64,000 nucleotides of DNA, taken from contig JACPGP010000014.1 in the NCBI GenBank assembly GCA_016182425.1, forward strand, positions 26,846-90,845, written 5' to 3'. Source of the DNA: Candidatus Levyibacteriota bacterium. GTDB lineage: Bacteria > Patescibacteriota > Microgenomatia > Levybacterales > UBA12049. The stretch's first letter is position 1, and each line of letters opens with the position of its first letter. The translations under genes were made by a program, and so were the position numbers. The notes beneath the pieces were generated by a model. The model saw only the letters and a list, made by a program, of their open reading frames with translations. It was not told the origin of the DNA and ran no database searches. Below, piece by piece: positions 41,374 to 50,235 of this stretch.

Positions 41374-43131
41374 TTACTTTATATCTGGATATTTAATAAT
41401 AAATGTTTCGCAGAAGTTTTTTGGTGATAGTTTTTCCACGGCAAGGTCATTAAACGTAAGATTTGCTACATAAGGCTTTAAATTAAATTTTGAACAGATA
41501 CTATCTTGATAAATGTTATACACTGCACCCGAGTCTGAGAGCTGAACAATAGAAAGCGTGTTTTTGACATTTATAAATTGAGTGCATTTTTTCCCGGCAT
41601 CAAAAATATAAATGCTGTTTTTTTCAATTGTTTCTAACTCATCACACGTAATAAATGTTACATTTTTTAATCGATAATTGCGGCGTAAAAATGCATTCTT
41701 AACTTCCTCCGATGTTTGTCTGCTGTATATATTAGAGTAAATAATGTAATTCTTAAATTGATTCTTCGGGTTTCCTAATAATACGGAAGTCTTTTTATTT
41801 TCTGAATTGGCAAGTTGTATATATCGAGACATAAGGCGTGAACTGAATGCTTGTGCTTCTGACGCGAAAACTGGCTGAATGAAAAAATAGGTATAGAGGA
41901 AATTTCCGATTAATAAAACGTAGATTCCACCGATCAAAAGAGAACTTATCATTAAGTATGCTTTACTTTTCTTTATAGTCAGGATTGACCAAATTCCTAC
42001 TCCGATATAGATGTAGAGAAATGGAATATACAAAGACGATCTCATTACATAGGTGATTCCTTCATTGCTTACGATAGTTGGAAGCGGGGATATTAGTATA
42101 ATAGATGTTAAGAGAATCCAAAGTTTTCTATTTCTTGCTAATAAGTAACAAAATCCAAGAATCAAAAATATGAAATCTATATAATAGAAATGTCCGTGAT
42201 TATAGATGTGAAACCGAAGTAATCTTTCTGAATCGACAAAAAGGTTATTTGCTGAGAACGCGCCGATATATTTTCCAATAATGTATTTTGTCGCCACAAA
42301 GGCTTTATTTGAAAAAATTACATAAAAGGGATTTTTTATGGCCATACGTCGTTCAAAGTTGACCTGATTGCTTACATCTGATGCGGAGTAAAAGGTAGCT
42401 TCGTTAAGTCTATTTATGGTGTTACGCTGATACGCATTGAAGAGAAAAAGCGATGTTATACCCAAACACAACAAAAAGAGGGTTAAATATTGTTTTAGGT
42501 ATTTTCTATGATCTACCTGAATCCAGGCGAAGAGAGAAATAATTGCAACGTACGGAATGAGCGTTACTTTATATGCCATGTATGTGTAAAAACCAAGCGC
42601 AAGCGGAATAAATGTCAGTAATTTCTTCCAGCCAGATGTGTTAACGAGCACATAAAACGCTAAGAGGTAAAAAAATACGGCAAGAGACGTTTCGAAAGCC
42701 GACCTTCCGAAGAATATAGCCCATGGATTAAAACAAGCGATAAGCCCTACGATAAGCGCAATTTTTTCATGCAATAGTTTTTTTACAAGTAAATACAATA
42801 CCACGACAAACAATGAATTTGCGATCGCGTAAAAAATATGAGCAGCAAAAAGAGATGACGGCAAAGGTCCGATAATGGGTGACAGATAGATATAAGGGAG
42901 TTCTGCCTGGGCAGGTTCGTCAGGAAGGGGAGTCAGTGAGAATGGGTTCCATTGTCCGGTTACATCATGTCCTGTATAAAAAAATGCTTTTGCATTTAAA
43001 ACGAAGACCATATTATCATTCACTATGCCTATCGGGATTTTATCAAGCGCAATTGTTCGGAGGGTAAAAGCAATAAGAAATAACAAAAGTGGAATTGCGT
43101 AAGGTTTTGTAAATATTGATCGTACAATCAC
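41374..43131 (-). CDS. GT-C (GT39/ArnT-like) membrane glycosyltransferase
   Basis: PIGIVND, NPWAIFFGRSAFE and YTY motifs; many TM segments. Confidence 0.75.
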   Translation of the reverse strand: MIVRSIFTKPYAIPLLLFLIAFTLRTIALDKIPIGIVNDNMVFVLNAKAFFYTGHDVTGQWNPFSLTPLPDEPAQAELPYIYLSPIIGPLPSSLFAAHIFYAIANSLFVVVLYLLVKKLLHEKIALIVGLIACFNPWAIFFGRSAFETSLAVFFYLLAFYVLVNTSGWKKLLTFIPLALGFYTYMAYKVTLIPYVAIISLFAWIQVDHRKYLKQYLTLFLLCLGITSLFLFNAYQRNTINRLNEATFYSASDVSNQVNFERRMAIKNPFYVIFSNKAFVATKYIIGKYIGAFSANNLFVDSERLLRFHIYNHGHFYYIDFIFLILGFCYLLARNRKLWILLTSIILISPLPTIVSNEGITYVMRSSLYIPFLYIYIGVGIWSILTIKKSKAYLMISSLLIGGIYVLLIGNFLYTYFFIQPVFASEAQAFSSRLMSRYIQLANSENKKTSVLLGNPKNQFKNYIIYSNIYSRQTSEEVKNAFLRRNYRLKNVTFITCDELETIEKNSIYIFDAGKKCTQFINVKNTLSIVQLSDSGAVYNIYQDSICSKFNLKPYVANLTFNDLAVEKLSPKNFCETFIIKYPDIK

Positions 43132-43186
43132 CGGACTATTGTCTCAAATCAAAAATTAGCTGTCAACGTAAGTTTGCTGTTATAAT

Positions 43187-43945
43187 ATGCTTGTGAAAAA
43201 GAGAATAATTGCAGTAATGCCTGCATATAACGCGGCTAAGACTCTTGAGAAAACCTGCAAAGATATTCCAAAAGGATTGGTTGATGAGGTAATTCTTGTG
43301 GATGATAAAAGCTCAGATAATACAGTTGAGATAGCTAACAAACTAGGATTAACTGTTATTGCGCATGGGAAAAATAGAGGGTATGGAGGTAATCAGAAAA
43401 CTTGTTATGAAGAGGCGCTAAGAAAAGGCGCTAATATTGTTATCATGGTTCATCCGGACTATCAGTATGATAGCTCGCTTTGTGGAGAATTGATCCGACC
43501 GATAGAACAGGGAAGATTTGATGTGATGTTTGGAGGCAGGATAAGGACAAGAAAAGAAGCATTAGCAGGCGGTATGCCATACCAAAAATATATTCTCAAC
43601 AGGATTTTTGCTTTAATAGAAAACTTTGTTTTGGGCGTTAACTTTACTGAGCATTTTAGCGGATTTAGAGCGTACTCCCGAAAGGTATTAGAAACGCTTC
43701 CACTGCAAAGTTTTAGTGACGATTTTGTTTTTGATCAGCAATTAATGATTACTGCTATTGCATACGGCTTTAGAATTAGCGAGTATCCTGTCCCAGTTAG
43801 ATATTTCTCCGAAGGCTCATCAATTAAAACTATCGCTGGAGCGAAATTTTTGCTCAGTACGCTTTGGGTTTTATTCTTGTATATCTTGTTTAAACTAAAA
43901 TTGTATGAGAGCAGTATATTTTATTTCAAGAAGTTAGTCTTGTAA
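43187..43945 (+). CDS. GT2 polyprenol-phosphate glycosyltransferase (DPM1-like); true start may be GTG 43193
   Basis: MPAYNAA, VDDKSSD, NRGYGGNQK, HPDYQY, SGFRAY. Confidence 0.9.
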   Translation: MLVKKRIIAVMPAYNAAKTLEKTCKDIPKGLVDEVILVDDKSSDNTVEIANKLGLTVIAHGKNRGYGGNQKTCYEEALRKGANIVIMVHPDYQYDSSLCGELIRPIEQGRFDVMFGGRIRTRKEALAGGMPYQKYILNRIFALIENFVLGVNFTEHFSGFRAYSRKVLETLPLQSFSDDFVFDQQLMITAIAYGFRISEYPVPVRYFSEGSSIKTIAGAKFLLSTLWVLFLYILFKLKLYESSIFYFKKLVL

Positions 43946-43957
43946 GCTCTTCGATGC

Positions 43958-43986
43958 TTGAAGTAAACTGCTTTTTTCGCTACAAT
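43958..43986 (+). promoter_or_regulatory. ileS promoter (leaderless-type)
   Basis: TTGAAG-17nt-TACAAT, 7 nt before ATG 43994. Confidence 0.65.
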
Positions 43987-43993
43987 CAAGTTT

Positions 43994-46819
43994 ATGTTTA
44001 AGCCAGTATCTCCCAAAGTTGATTTCCCAAAGCTTGAGGAAGAAATTACAAAGTATTGGAAAGAGAAAAAAATTTTTGAAAAGTCTATTTCTTCCCGTCC
44101 AAAAGATAAAACATGGACCTTTTTGGATGGGCCTCCCTTTGTGACGGGTGTCCCTCATTACGGATCTTTGCTCTCAAGTATCCCCAAAGATGTCTTTGGC
44201 AGGTATTGGACCATGAAGGGATATCGAGTGCGTCGAGTCTGGGGATGGGATGGTCATGGTTTGCCGATTGAAAATAAAGTAGAAACAGCACTAAACATAA
44301 AATCCAAAAAAGAGATTGAGGAAAAGGTGGGAGTAAAAAGATTCATTGAGGAGTGTAAAAAATACGTCAATACTGTTTCTTTGGAATGGGAGTGGTATGT
44401 AGATCGAATTGGCCGATGGGTTGATTTTAAAAACGCTTACAAAACGTGGGATAGAGATTACATGGAGTCTGTGATGTGGGTGTTTAAGCAAATGTACGAA
44501 AAGGGCTATATCTACAAAGGCCTTCGAGTATCGCTTTATTGTCCTCACTGCGCAACGCCAATTTCTAACTTTGAAGTAGCCATGGATGCTGAAAACTATA
44601 AAGAAGTGACAGATGCTGCTACTACCTATAAGTATCCTCTTAGGGATGAAAAAAATACCTTTATCCTTGCTTGGTCCACAACGCCGTGGAATAAAATCGT
44701 TACCCCCGCACTTGCGATTAATCCTAAATTAACTTATGTAAAAGTCAAACAAGGAAATGAGAAATATATTTTGGCTAAATCAACTTTAAAAATTCTAACA
44801 GGGAAATATGACGTGTTTGAGGAATTTAAGGGAGAAGCACTTGTTGGAAAAAAGTTTGTTCCTCATTACGACTACTACAAAATCGAAAAGGGAGAAAAGG
44901 CCTTCAAAATTATTGGTTCGGATTTTGTAACAGCCGAAGAAGGCACAGGCGTAGTAACGATTGCCGCATATGGGGAAGAAGATTTAAAAGTAATGCAGGA
45001 GCAAAATATTCATATTGAAATGCATCTTGATGAGGAAGGAACCATAAAATCAAATGTGCCTGTCTTTGGTGGTATGTATTATCTAAAGGCAAATAAAGCT
45101 GTTAACAAAGATCTGGCACTGCGCGGCTTAATTTATAAAGATGAAGAACTTCCCCATAATGTACCACTTTGTTGGCGATGCCACACCAGGCTCTATTATG
45201 CACCAATCAATGCATGGTATGTAAATGTCCAAACACTAAAAGCTTTAATGAAAAAAACCAATGAAAACGTGCAATGGTTTCCCTCCCACTTTAAGTATGG
45301 AAGATTCTTAAAGAGCATGGAGAATGCGCCTGATTGGAATATTTCACGAAATCGCTATTGGGGTTCTCCTGTGCCTGTGTGGGAATGCGAAAGCTGTGGG
45401 GAGCGATTTGTACCTGGATCGATTGAGGAGCTTGAGAAGACAAGTGGGAAAAAAATTGCAGATCTTCATAAACCAGAGATTGACGAGGTGATTGTTAAGT
45501 GTAAAAGGTGTGGCAAGGATGCCAGGCGTACTACCGAAGTTTTAGATAGCTGGATCGAGGCAGGATCGGCATCTTTTGCCGAGCGCCATTTTCCGTTTAA
45601 TAAGCAAGAAAAGCTTGGGGAGTTCTTTCCTCCTGATTTTATTGCCGAATATACCGGGCAGATTCGGGCCTGGTTTTATGTATTGCATGTCATTGGAGCG
45701 GCGTTATATAAAAGTGAGGCATTCAAGAATGTAGTTGTTGAGGGGGTAATCTTGGGAACTGATGGACGGAAAATGAGCAAGAACTATGGCAATTATCCGG
45801 ACCCAAAAGAAATGCTGCGAAAATACGGCGGCGATGCTCTAAGACTTTACTTAATGGGAAGCCCAGTGATGCATGGAGAAGATATTTTAATTTCTGAAGA
45901 GAAATATAAAGAACAAGTGAGAGGAATACTTCTTATTTTGTGGAATGTTTATAATTTTTTTGTAGGTAATGCAAATGTAGATCAGTATCAACCCCGATTA
46001 AATAGGGGTCAAGTATCAGAAAATGTTTTAGATCGGTGGGTTATAGCACTTTTACAAAAATTGATAAAAGAGATAACAGAGGCTTTAGAGAAGTACGATA
46101 CTGTTTTAGCTATAGAAAAAGCAGAAAAATTTGTCGGTGATCTTTCAACGTGGTACATCCGGCGAAGCAGAGAAAGAGTTGGTCCGACAGCTGATGAGGG
46201 GAAAGACAAACAGGCATTTTACCACACATGTCATAGTGTCTTAACAACACTTTGTAAGCTACTTGCGCCAATAACACCGTTTGTGACAGAAGAGATTTAT
46301 AGGAATCTCGCAGGAGAGGAGTCAGTGCATTTGGCGCAGTGGCCACAGTTTACAGATCCCTCCAGTTCGGCGGGCAGGCACAGTTCACAGATACTAAATG
46401 AAATGGATAATGGTATTACGCTTGCTTCAAAGATACATGCTTTGCGAAAAGAAACAAATGTCAAAGTACGAATTCCTTTACGAAAACTTAACTACAGAGG
46501 CCCACAAGAACCGAGAAAAGACATCCTAAAGATTGTTCTTAGTGAAGTGAATGTTTATGAACTTATCTATGTGGGTAAAGCCGATGAATATGAGGTCGAG
46601 GGTGATACAACTTTGAAAAATCAAGATATCGAAGCAGGAAGAGCGCGGGATATTATTCGAGCCATTCAGGAAGAGCGTAAAATTCTTGGTACAAATTTAG
46701 ATGAAAGAGTAAATGTTGTTTTGCCCTCTTGGCCAAGCTCGTTTGAGGCAGAGATAAAAAAGAAGGCGCTAGTAGGATTTATTTCTAAAGGAGAAACGTT
46801 TAAGGTTTTGCGGTCATGA
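43994..46819 (+). CDS. ileS: Isoleucine--tRNA ligase, type 2
   Basis: DGPPF..PHYG, GWDGHGLPIE, DWNISRNRYWG, KMSK, WYIRRSR. Confidence 0.96.
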   Translation: MFKPVSPKVDFPKLEEEITKYWKEKKIFEKSISSRPKDKTWTFLDGPPFVTGVPHYGSLLSSIPKDVFGRYWTMKGYRVRRVWGWDGHGLPIENKVETALNIKSKKEIEEKVGVKRFIEECKKYVNTVSLEWEWYVDRIGRWVDFKNAYKTWDRDYMESVMWVFKQMYEKGYIYKGLRVSLYCPHCATPISNFEVAMDAENYKEVTDAATTYKYPLRDEKNTFILAWSTTPWNKIVTPALAINPKLTYVKVKQGNEKYILAKSTLKILTGKYDVFEEFKGEALVGKKFVPHYDYYKIEKGEKAFKIIGSDFVTAEEGTGVVTIAAYGEEDLKVMQEQNIHIEMHLDEEGTIKSNVPVFGGMYYLKANKAVNKDLALRGLIYKDEELPHNVPLCWRCHTRLYYAPINAWYVNVQTLKALMKKTNENVQWFPSHFKYGRFLKSMENAPDWNISRNRYWGSPVPVWECESCGERFVPGSIEELEKTSGKKIADLHKPEIDEVIVKCKRCGKDARRTTEVLDSWIEAGSASFAERHFPFNKQEKLGEFFPPDFIAEYTGQIRAWFYVLHVIGAALYKSEAFKNVVVEGVILGTDGRKMSKNYGNYPDPKEMLRKYGGDALRLYLMGSPVMHGEDILISEEKYKEQVRGILLILWNVYNFFVGNANVDQYQPRLNRGQVSENVLDRWVIALLQKLIKEITEALEKYDTVLAIEKAEKFVGDLSTWYIRRSRERVGPTADEGKDKQAFYHTCHSVLTTLCKLLAPITPFVTEEIYRNLAGEESVHLAQWPQFTDPSSSAGRHSSQILNEMDNGITLASKIHALRKETNVKVRIPLRKLNYRGPQEPRKDILKIVLSEVNVYELIYVGKADEYEVEGDTTLKNQDIEAGRARDIIRAIQEERKILGTNLDERVNVVLPSWPSSFEAEIKKKALVGFISKGETFKVLRS
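45984..46018 (+). repeat. 21-nt hairpin ACCCCGATTAAATAGGGGTCA between two AGTATCA heptamers
   Basis: Read directly; in frame in ileS (YQPRLNRGQVS). Confidence 0.8.
46344..46392 (+). repeat. 21-nt hairpin CCCTCCAGTTCGGCGGGCAGG between 14-nt near-direct repeats CACAGTTYACAGAT
   Basis: Read directly; in frame in ileS (TDPSSSAGRHSSQ). Confidence 0.85.
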
Positions 46820-47898
46820 GCAAAGGGTGGTTTTTTACGGTTGACTGGATGCTTCTTATTCCGGCGCTTATTCTGGTAATATTTGGTCTTGCCACGCTGC
46901 TGTCCATTAGCGCTTCGTACTTTTTTGGCCAGCTTTTATATATTGTGTTTTCTCTCTTTGTGTTTTTTGTTTTTTCCCATGCGCATTACCTGGTTATTAA
47001 GCTTTATGCTGTCCCAATTTATTTGGTAGCATTAATCGCACTTGTGTTGGTTTTAGTGTTGGGTTTTGAAAGCAGGGGAGCCGTCCGTTGGTTCGACATT
47101 GCGGGGTTTCGCATACAATTCTCCGAAGTTTTTAAGCCGTTTTTGATTATCTCTCTTTCATCTTTTTTGGCAAGCGGAAAAAATACTTCGTTTAGTCTTT
47201 TTTCTTTTACTCTTTTTCTTTTGTTTCCAATTGTGTTGCTTGTATTTTTACAGCCCGATTTAGGAAGTTCTCTTATCTATTTTTTTGTGGTGGTTGCGAC
47301 CATGTTGGTTTTTGGGTTTCCTCTGCGATGGTTTGTTGGTTTTTTCTTTTTTCTTTCCCCCTTTTTACCAATTGCCTGGCAATTTTTGCACGACTATCAG
47401 AGACAGCGAATTTTTGCGTTTTTAAGTCCTGGCAGTGATCCCCTTGGGTTGTCATATAATGCAATTCAGGCACTTATCGCAGTTGGTTCTGGATTACTAT
47501 TTGGCAAGGGATTGGGGCAGGGTACGCAGTCGGTACTTCGTTTTTTGCCAGAACGCCATACGGATTTTATTTTTGCGACAATCAACGAGAGCTTTGGTTT
47601 TGTGGGGGGTATGATAGTACTTGCATCGTTTACATTTTTGCTTTACAGAATTTTTATCCTTTCTCGGCTTATGGACGATACATTTCGAAAATTGTTTTGC
47701 GTTGGCTCGTTTTTTTTATTCCTGATCCAGTTTTTTGTTAATGTCGGTATGAATATTGGATTGACACCTGTAGTTGGTGTGACCCTGCCTTTTGTTTCGT
47801 ACGGGGGTAGTTCGATTCTGTCAAGTTTTATTCTTCTTGGACTTTTATCAAGCTTTAGTTTTCACATCAAACAGCAAGAAGTTCTGGAAATTCGCTAG
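46816..47898 (+). CDS. rodA: SEDS protein RodA
   Basis: GAVRWF, QPDLGS, YQRQRI, FLPERHTDFIFA, PFVSYGGSS. Confidence 0.92.
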   Translation: MSKGWFFTVDWMLLIPALILVIFGLATLLSISASYFFGQLLYIVFSLFVFFVFSHAHYLVIKLYAVPIYLVALIALVLVLVLGFESRGAVRWFDIAGFRIQFSEVFKPFLIISLSSFLASGKNTSFSLFSFTLFLLFPIVLLVFLQPDLGSSLIYFFVVVATMLVFGFPLRWFVGFFFFLSPFLPIAWQFLHDYQRQRIFAFLSPGSDPLGLSYNAIQALIAVGSGLLFGKGLGQGTQSVLRFLPERHTDFIFATINESFGFVGGMIVLASFTFLLYRIFILSRLMDDTFRKLFCVGSFFLFLIQFFVNVGMNIGLTPVVGVTLPFVSYGGSSILSSFILLGLLSSFSFHIKQQEVLEIR

Positions 47899-47925
47899 TA
47901 GGTTTGTTATAATATCTTTTTATCT

Positions 47926-48258
47926 ATGAAATACGCGGTTATTGAATCCGGGGGAAAGCAGTATAAGGTAAACGAGGGAGACATTTTGGAGGTCGATAGA
48001 CTTACAGATGGCGAAAAAAGCGATGTCATTTTTGATCGGGTGCTTCTGACAAGATTAGATGACCAAGTTAATGTTGGTACTCCATTACTTAAAAATGTAA
48101 AAGTAAAAGGTAAGGTTTTGGCTCTTGCAAAAAGAGAAAAGATAAACGTTTCTAAATTTAAGGCAAAAGCCCGCTACCGCCGTACAACGGGATTTAGAGC
48201 TTCAATCACAAAGGTTCAGATAACAGAAATTGTCGAATCCGGTGTCTCAAAAAATTGA
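47926..48258 (+). CDS. rplU: 50S ribosomal protein L21
   Basis: YAVIESGGKQYKV, VGTP, GFR. Confidence 0.96.
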   Translation: MKYAVIESGGKQYKVNEGDILEVDRLTDGEKSDVIFDRVLLTRLDDQVNVGTPLLKNVKVKGKVLALAKREKINVSKFKAKARYRRTTGFRASITKVQITEIVESGVSKN

Positions 48259-48273
48259 TCCATTTTGATCCTC

Positions 48274-48302
48274 TTGACTTGCGTGAAAATTATCAGTAAA
48301 AT
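48274..48302 (+). promoter_or_regulatory. rpmA promoter
   Basis: TTGACT-17nt-TAAAAT. Confidence 0.65.
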
Positions 48303-48323
48303 ACACTAAACTTTTCACGAGAT

Positions 48324-48575
48324 ATGGCGCATACCAAAGCACAAGGTTCAGTAAAAGGAAACAGGGATTCAATAGCCAAGCGGTTGGGCGTTAAGCTTTT
48401 TGGTGGACAAAAAGCAAAGAGTGGCAATATTCTTATTCGTCAGAAGGGATCAAAGTTTTTTGCAGGCAATGGTGTTTCTATGGGAAAGGACTTTACACTT
48501 TTTGCCACAATACCAGGAATTGTCCATTTTAAGACAATGCAAGGGAAAAAATTTGTCGAGATACAAAGCACGTAA
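48324..48575 (+). CDS. rpmA: 50S ribosomal protein L27
   Basis: [18 protein letters not shown]. Confidence 0.97.
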   Translation: MAHTKAQGSVKGNRDSIAKRLGVKLFGGQKAKSGNILIRQKGSKFFAGNGVSMGKDFTLFATIPGIVHFKTMQGKKFVEIQST

Positions 48576-48584
48576 TTTTAACAT

Positions 48585-49406
48585 ATGGAAAATAACGAGA
48601 GAATATTTGAGCTGGAAATAATGGTTCTTCAGCCCAATCCCCTGCAGCCTCGAGGCTTAATCTCTCCGGAGTCGCTGACAGAACTGGTAGATTCGATTAG
48701 AGAACAAGGTATTTTGGAACCATTGGTAGTGGCAAAAACCCCGGCTGGATACCAAATTATCGCGGGTGAACGACGGCTTCGCGCGGCCAAAATTGCGGGG
48801 CTTACAAAAGTGCCGGTTGTGGTGGTAGAGACAACGCCCCAGGGAATGCTGGAGATGTCTATTGTAGAGAATGTACAGCGGGAAGACCTAAATCCGATAG
48901 AACGCGCGCTGGCGTACAGGAGGCTAATTGATGAGTTTGGTCTTGGGACAAACGAGGTTGCAAAACGAGTTGGCAAGAGCGCGCCCACGGTTTCTAATAC
49001 CATTCGCCTTTTGTCCTTGCCTGATGCAATAAAAGACGCGTTGATCGCAGGGGTAATTACCGAAGGTCATGTGAGACCGCTTATTTCCCTTGGTGATTCA
49101 ATGCTGATGCTTGATTTGTTCAAAAGGATCCTAAAAGAAAATAGTACTGTTAGGCAGACAGAGGAAATTGCCAGACAGATAAAAGGCGAGGTGCAAAAGA
49201 AAGAAGCTAGAACCGAAAAAGATAAACTATGGGTGCCGGAGCTGGACGAAATGGCAAATGAAATTAAAGAGAAACTTGACTTTGACTCGGTAACCGTTTT
49301 TCAGTCGCGAAGTCAGGCTAGAGTTGTGATGGTTGTTCGAGGAGACATTGATATGACAACACCAAAATTAAAAAAACTTAAAGATCTGTTATTGCTATCT
49401 TCTTAA
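48585..49406 (+). CDS. parB: ParB/Spo0J partition protein
   Basis: PNPLQPR, IIAGERRLRAA, ENVQREDLNPIE, HTH. Confidence 0.94.
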   Translation: MENNERIFELEIMVLQPNPLQPRGLISPESLTELVDSIREQGILEPLVVAKTPAGYQIIAGERRLRAAKIAGLTKVPVVVVETTPQGMLEMSIVENVQREDLNPIERALAYRRLIDEFGLGTNEVAKRVGKSAPTVSNTIRLLSLPDAIKDALIAGVITEGHVRPLISLGDSMLMLDLFKRILKENSTVRQTEEIARQIKGEVQKKEARTEKDKLWVPELDEMANEIKEKLDFDSVTVFQSRSQARVVMVVRGDIDMTTPKLKKLKDLLLLSS

Positions 49407-49975
49407 TCAAAAGGATTTTTAATCAATCTCATATTTTCAAGCGGCAAGTAGACGAAAAAAGATTTACCGATAATTTCACTGTCTTTTACAAATCCCCATT
49501 CTCTTGAATCAGAACTGGCTGTTCTGTTGTCTCCCATCACCAGGTAGGATCCTGGTGGAACAGTTACCGGTTCTCCTTCTTTGAGAAATCCGCCGCCGTA
49601 TGTTTTGACCTCTGTTTTTAGGTACTTGCTCTCATCAATTTTTTTCCCTTCTACAAAGACAGTTTCCTCTTTAATAAATACGGTATCGCCGGGCAGCCCG
49701 ATTATTCTTTTGATAAAATCTTTTTTAAATTCACTGTTTTCTTGATTGGGTGCTTGAAAGACGACAACATCCCCTTTTTTGAGCTTCTCAAAACGGAGGG
49801 AAATAACACTGGTTAAAACATATTCTTTGTCTTCGAAGTTTGGGAGCATTGATCCTCCCGAAACCTGGTAAGGCCTAACAAGGAAGATATAGGTGATTAG
49901 AAAAAGTGATGCCGCCAAAATGAGTGTTTGCGCGGCATCAACGATGTAGGAGAAGATTTTTTGAAGAATAACCAT
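49403..49975 (-). CDS. lepB: Signal peptidase I
   Basis: GGSMLPN, FIKRIIGLPGD, GDNRTASSDSR; ATG 49975 preferred. Confidence 0.94.
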   Translation of the reverse strand: MVILQKIFSYIVDAAQTLILAASLFLITYIFLVRPYQVSGGSMLPNFEDKEYVLTSVISLRFEKLKKGDVVVFQAPNQENSEFKKDFIKRIIGLPGDTVFIKEETVFVEGKKIDESKYLKTEVKTYGGGFLKEGEPVTVPPGSYLVMGDNRTASSDSREWGFVKDSEIIGKSFFVYLPLENMRLIKNPFD

Positions 49976-50010
49976 ATAATACAATCTATTTTTGCAGATA
50001 TGAGTTTACT

Positions 50011-50039
50011 TTGTCAATCAGAAAAAAATATGCTAAGAT
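50011..50039 (+). promoter_or_regulatory. Promoter of the tRNA locus
   Basis: TTGTCA-17nt-TAAGAT with extended -10 TG, 14 nt before the outer tRNA. Confidence 0.65.
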
Positions 50040-50053
50040 GCAGAAAAGAGTTT

Positions 50054-50229
50054 GGGCGCATAGCTCAGTTGGTAGACCCGCCTGCACTGGCCGATTGGCT
50101 CAGTTGGTTAGAGCGCTTCATTCACATTGAAGAGGTCGGAGGTTCGAATCCTCCATCGGCCACAGTTACGGCGGGCAGGGCGTTGCATTCACATTGCAAA
50201 GGTCCCAAGTTCAAATCTTGGTGCGCCCA
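50054..50229 (+). tRNA. Outer tRNA-Val(CAC), interrupted by a 103-nt insert (50077-50179) in the D-arm
   Basis: Acceptor GGGCGCA/TGCGCCC, D GCTC..GA|GC, anticodon arm TTGCA-TTCACAT-TGCAA, T arm CCAAG-TTCAAAT-CTTGG, discriminator A. Confidence 0.88.
50089..50162 (+). tRNA. Inner intact tRNA-Val(CAC)
   Basis: GGCCGAT/ATCGGCC, GCTC/GAGC, CTTCA-TTCACAT-TGAAG, GGAGG-TTCGAAT-CCTCC, discriminator A; CCA not encoded. Confidence 0.96.
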
Positions 50230-50235
50230 CAAATT

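Noticed and set aside
50071..50182. Canonical bulge-helix-bulge or group I/II intron in the outer tRNA
   Set aside because: Junction shows a 6-bp helix without the 3-4-3 BHB geometry, and the insert is too short and is filled by a tRNA
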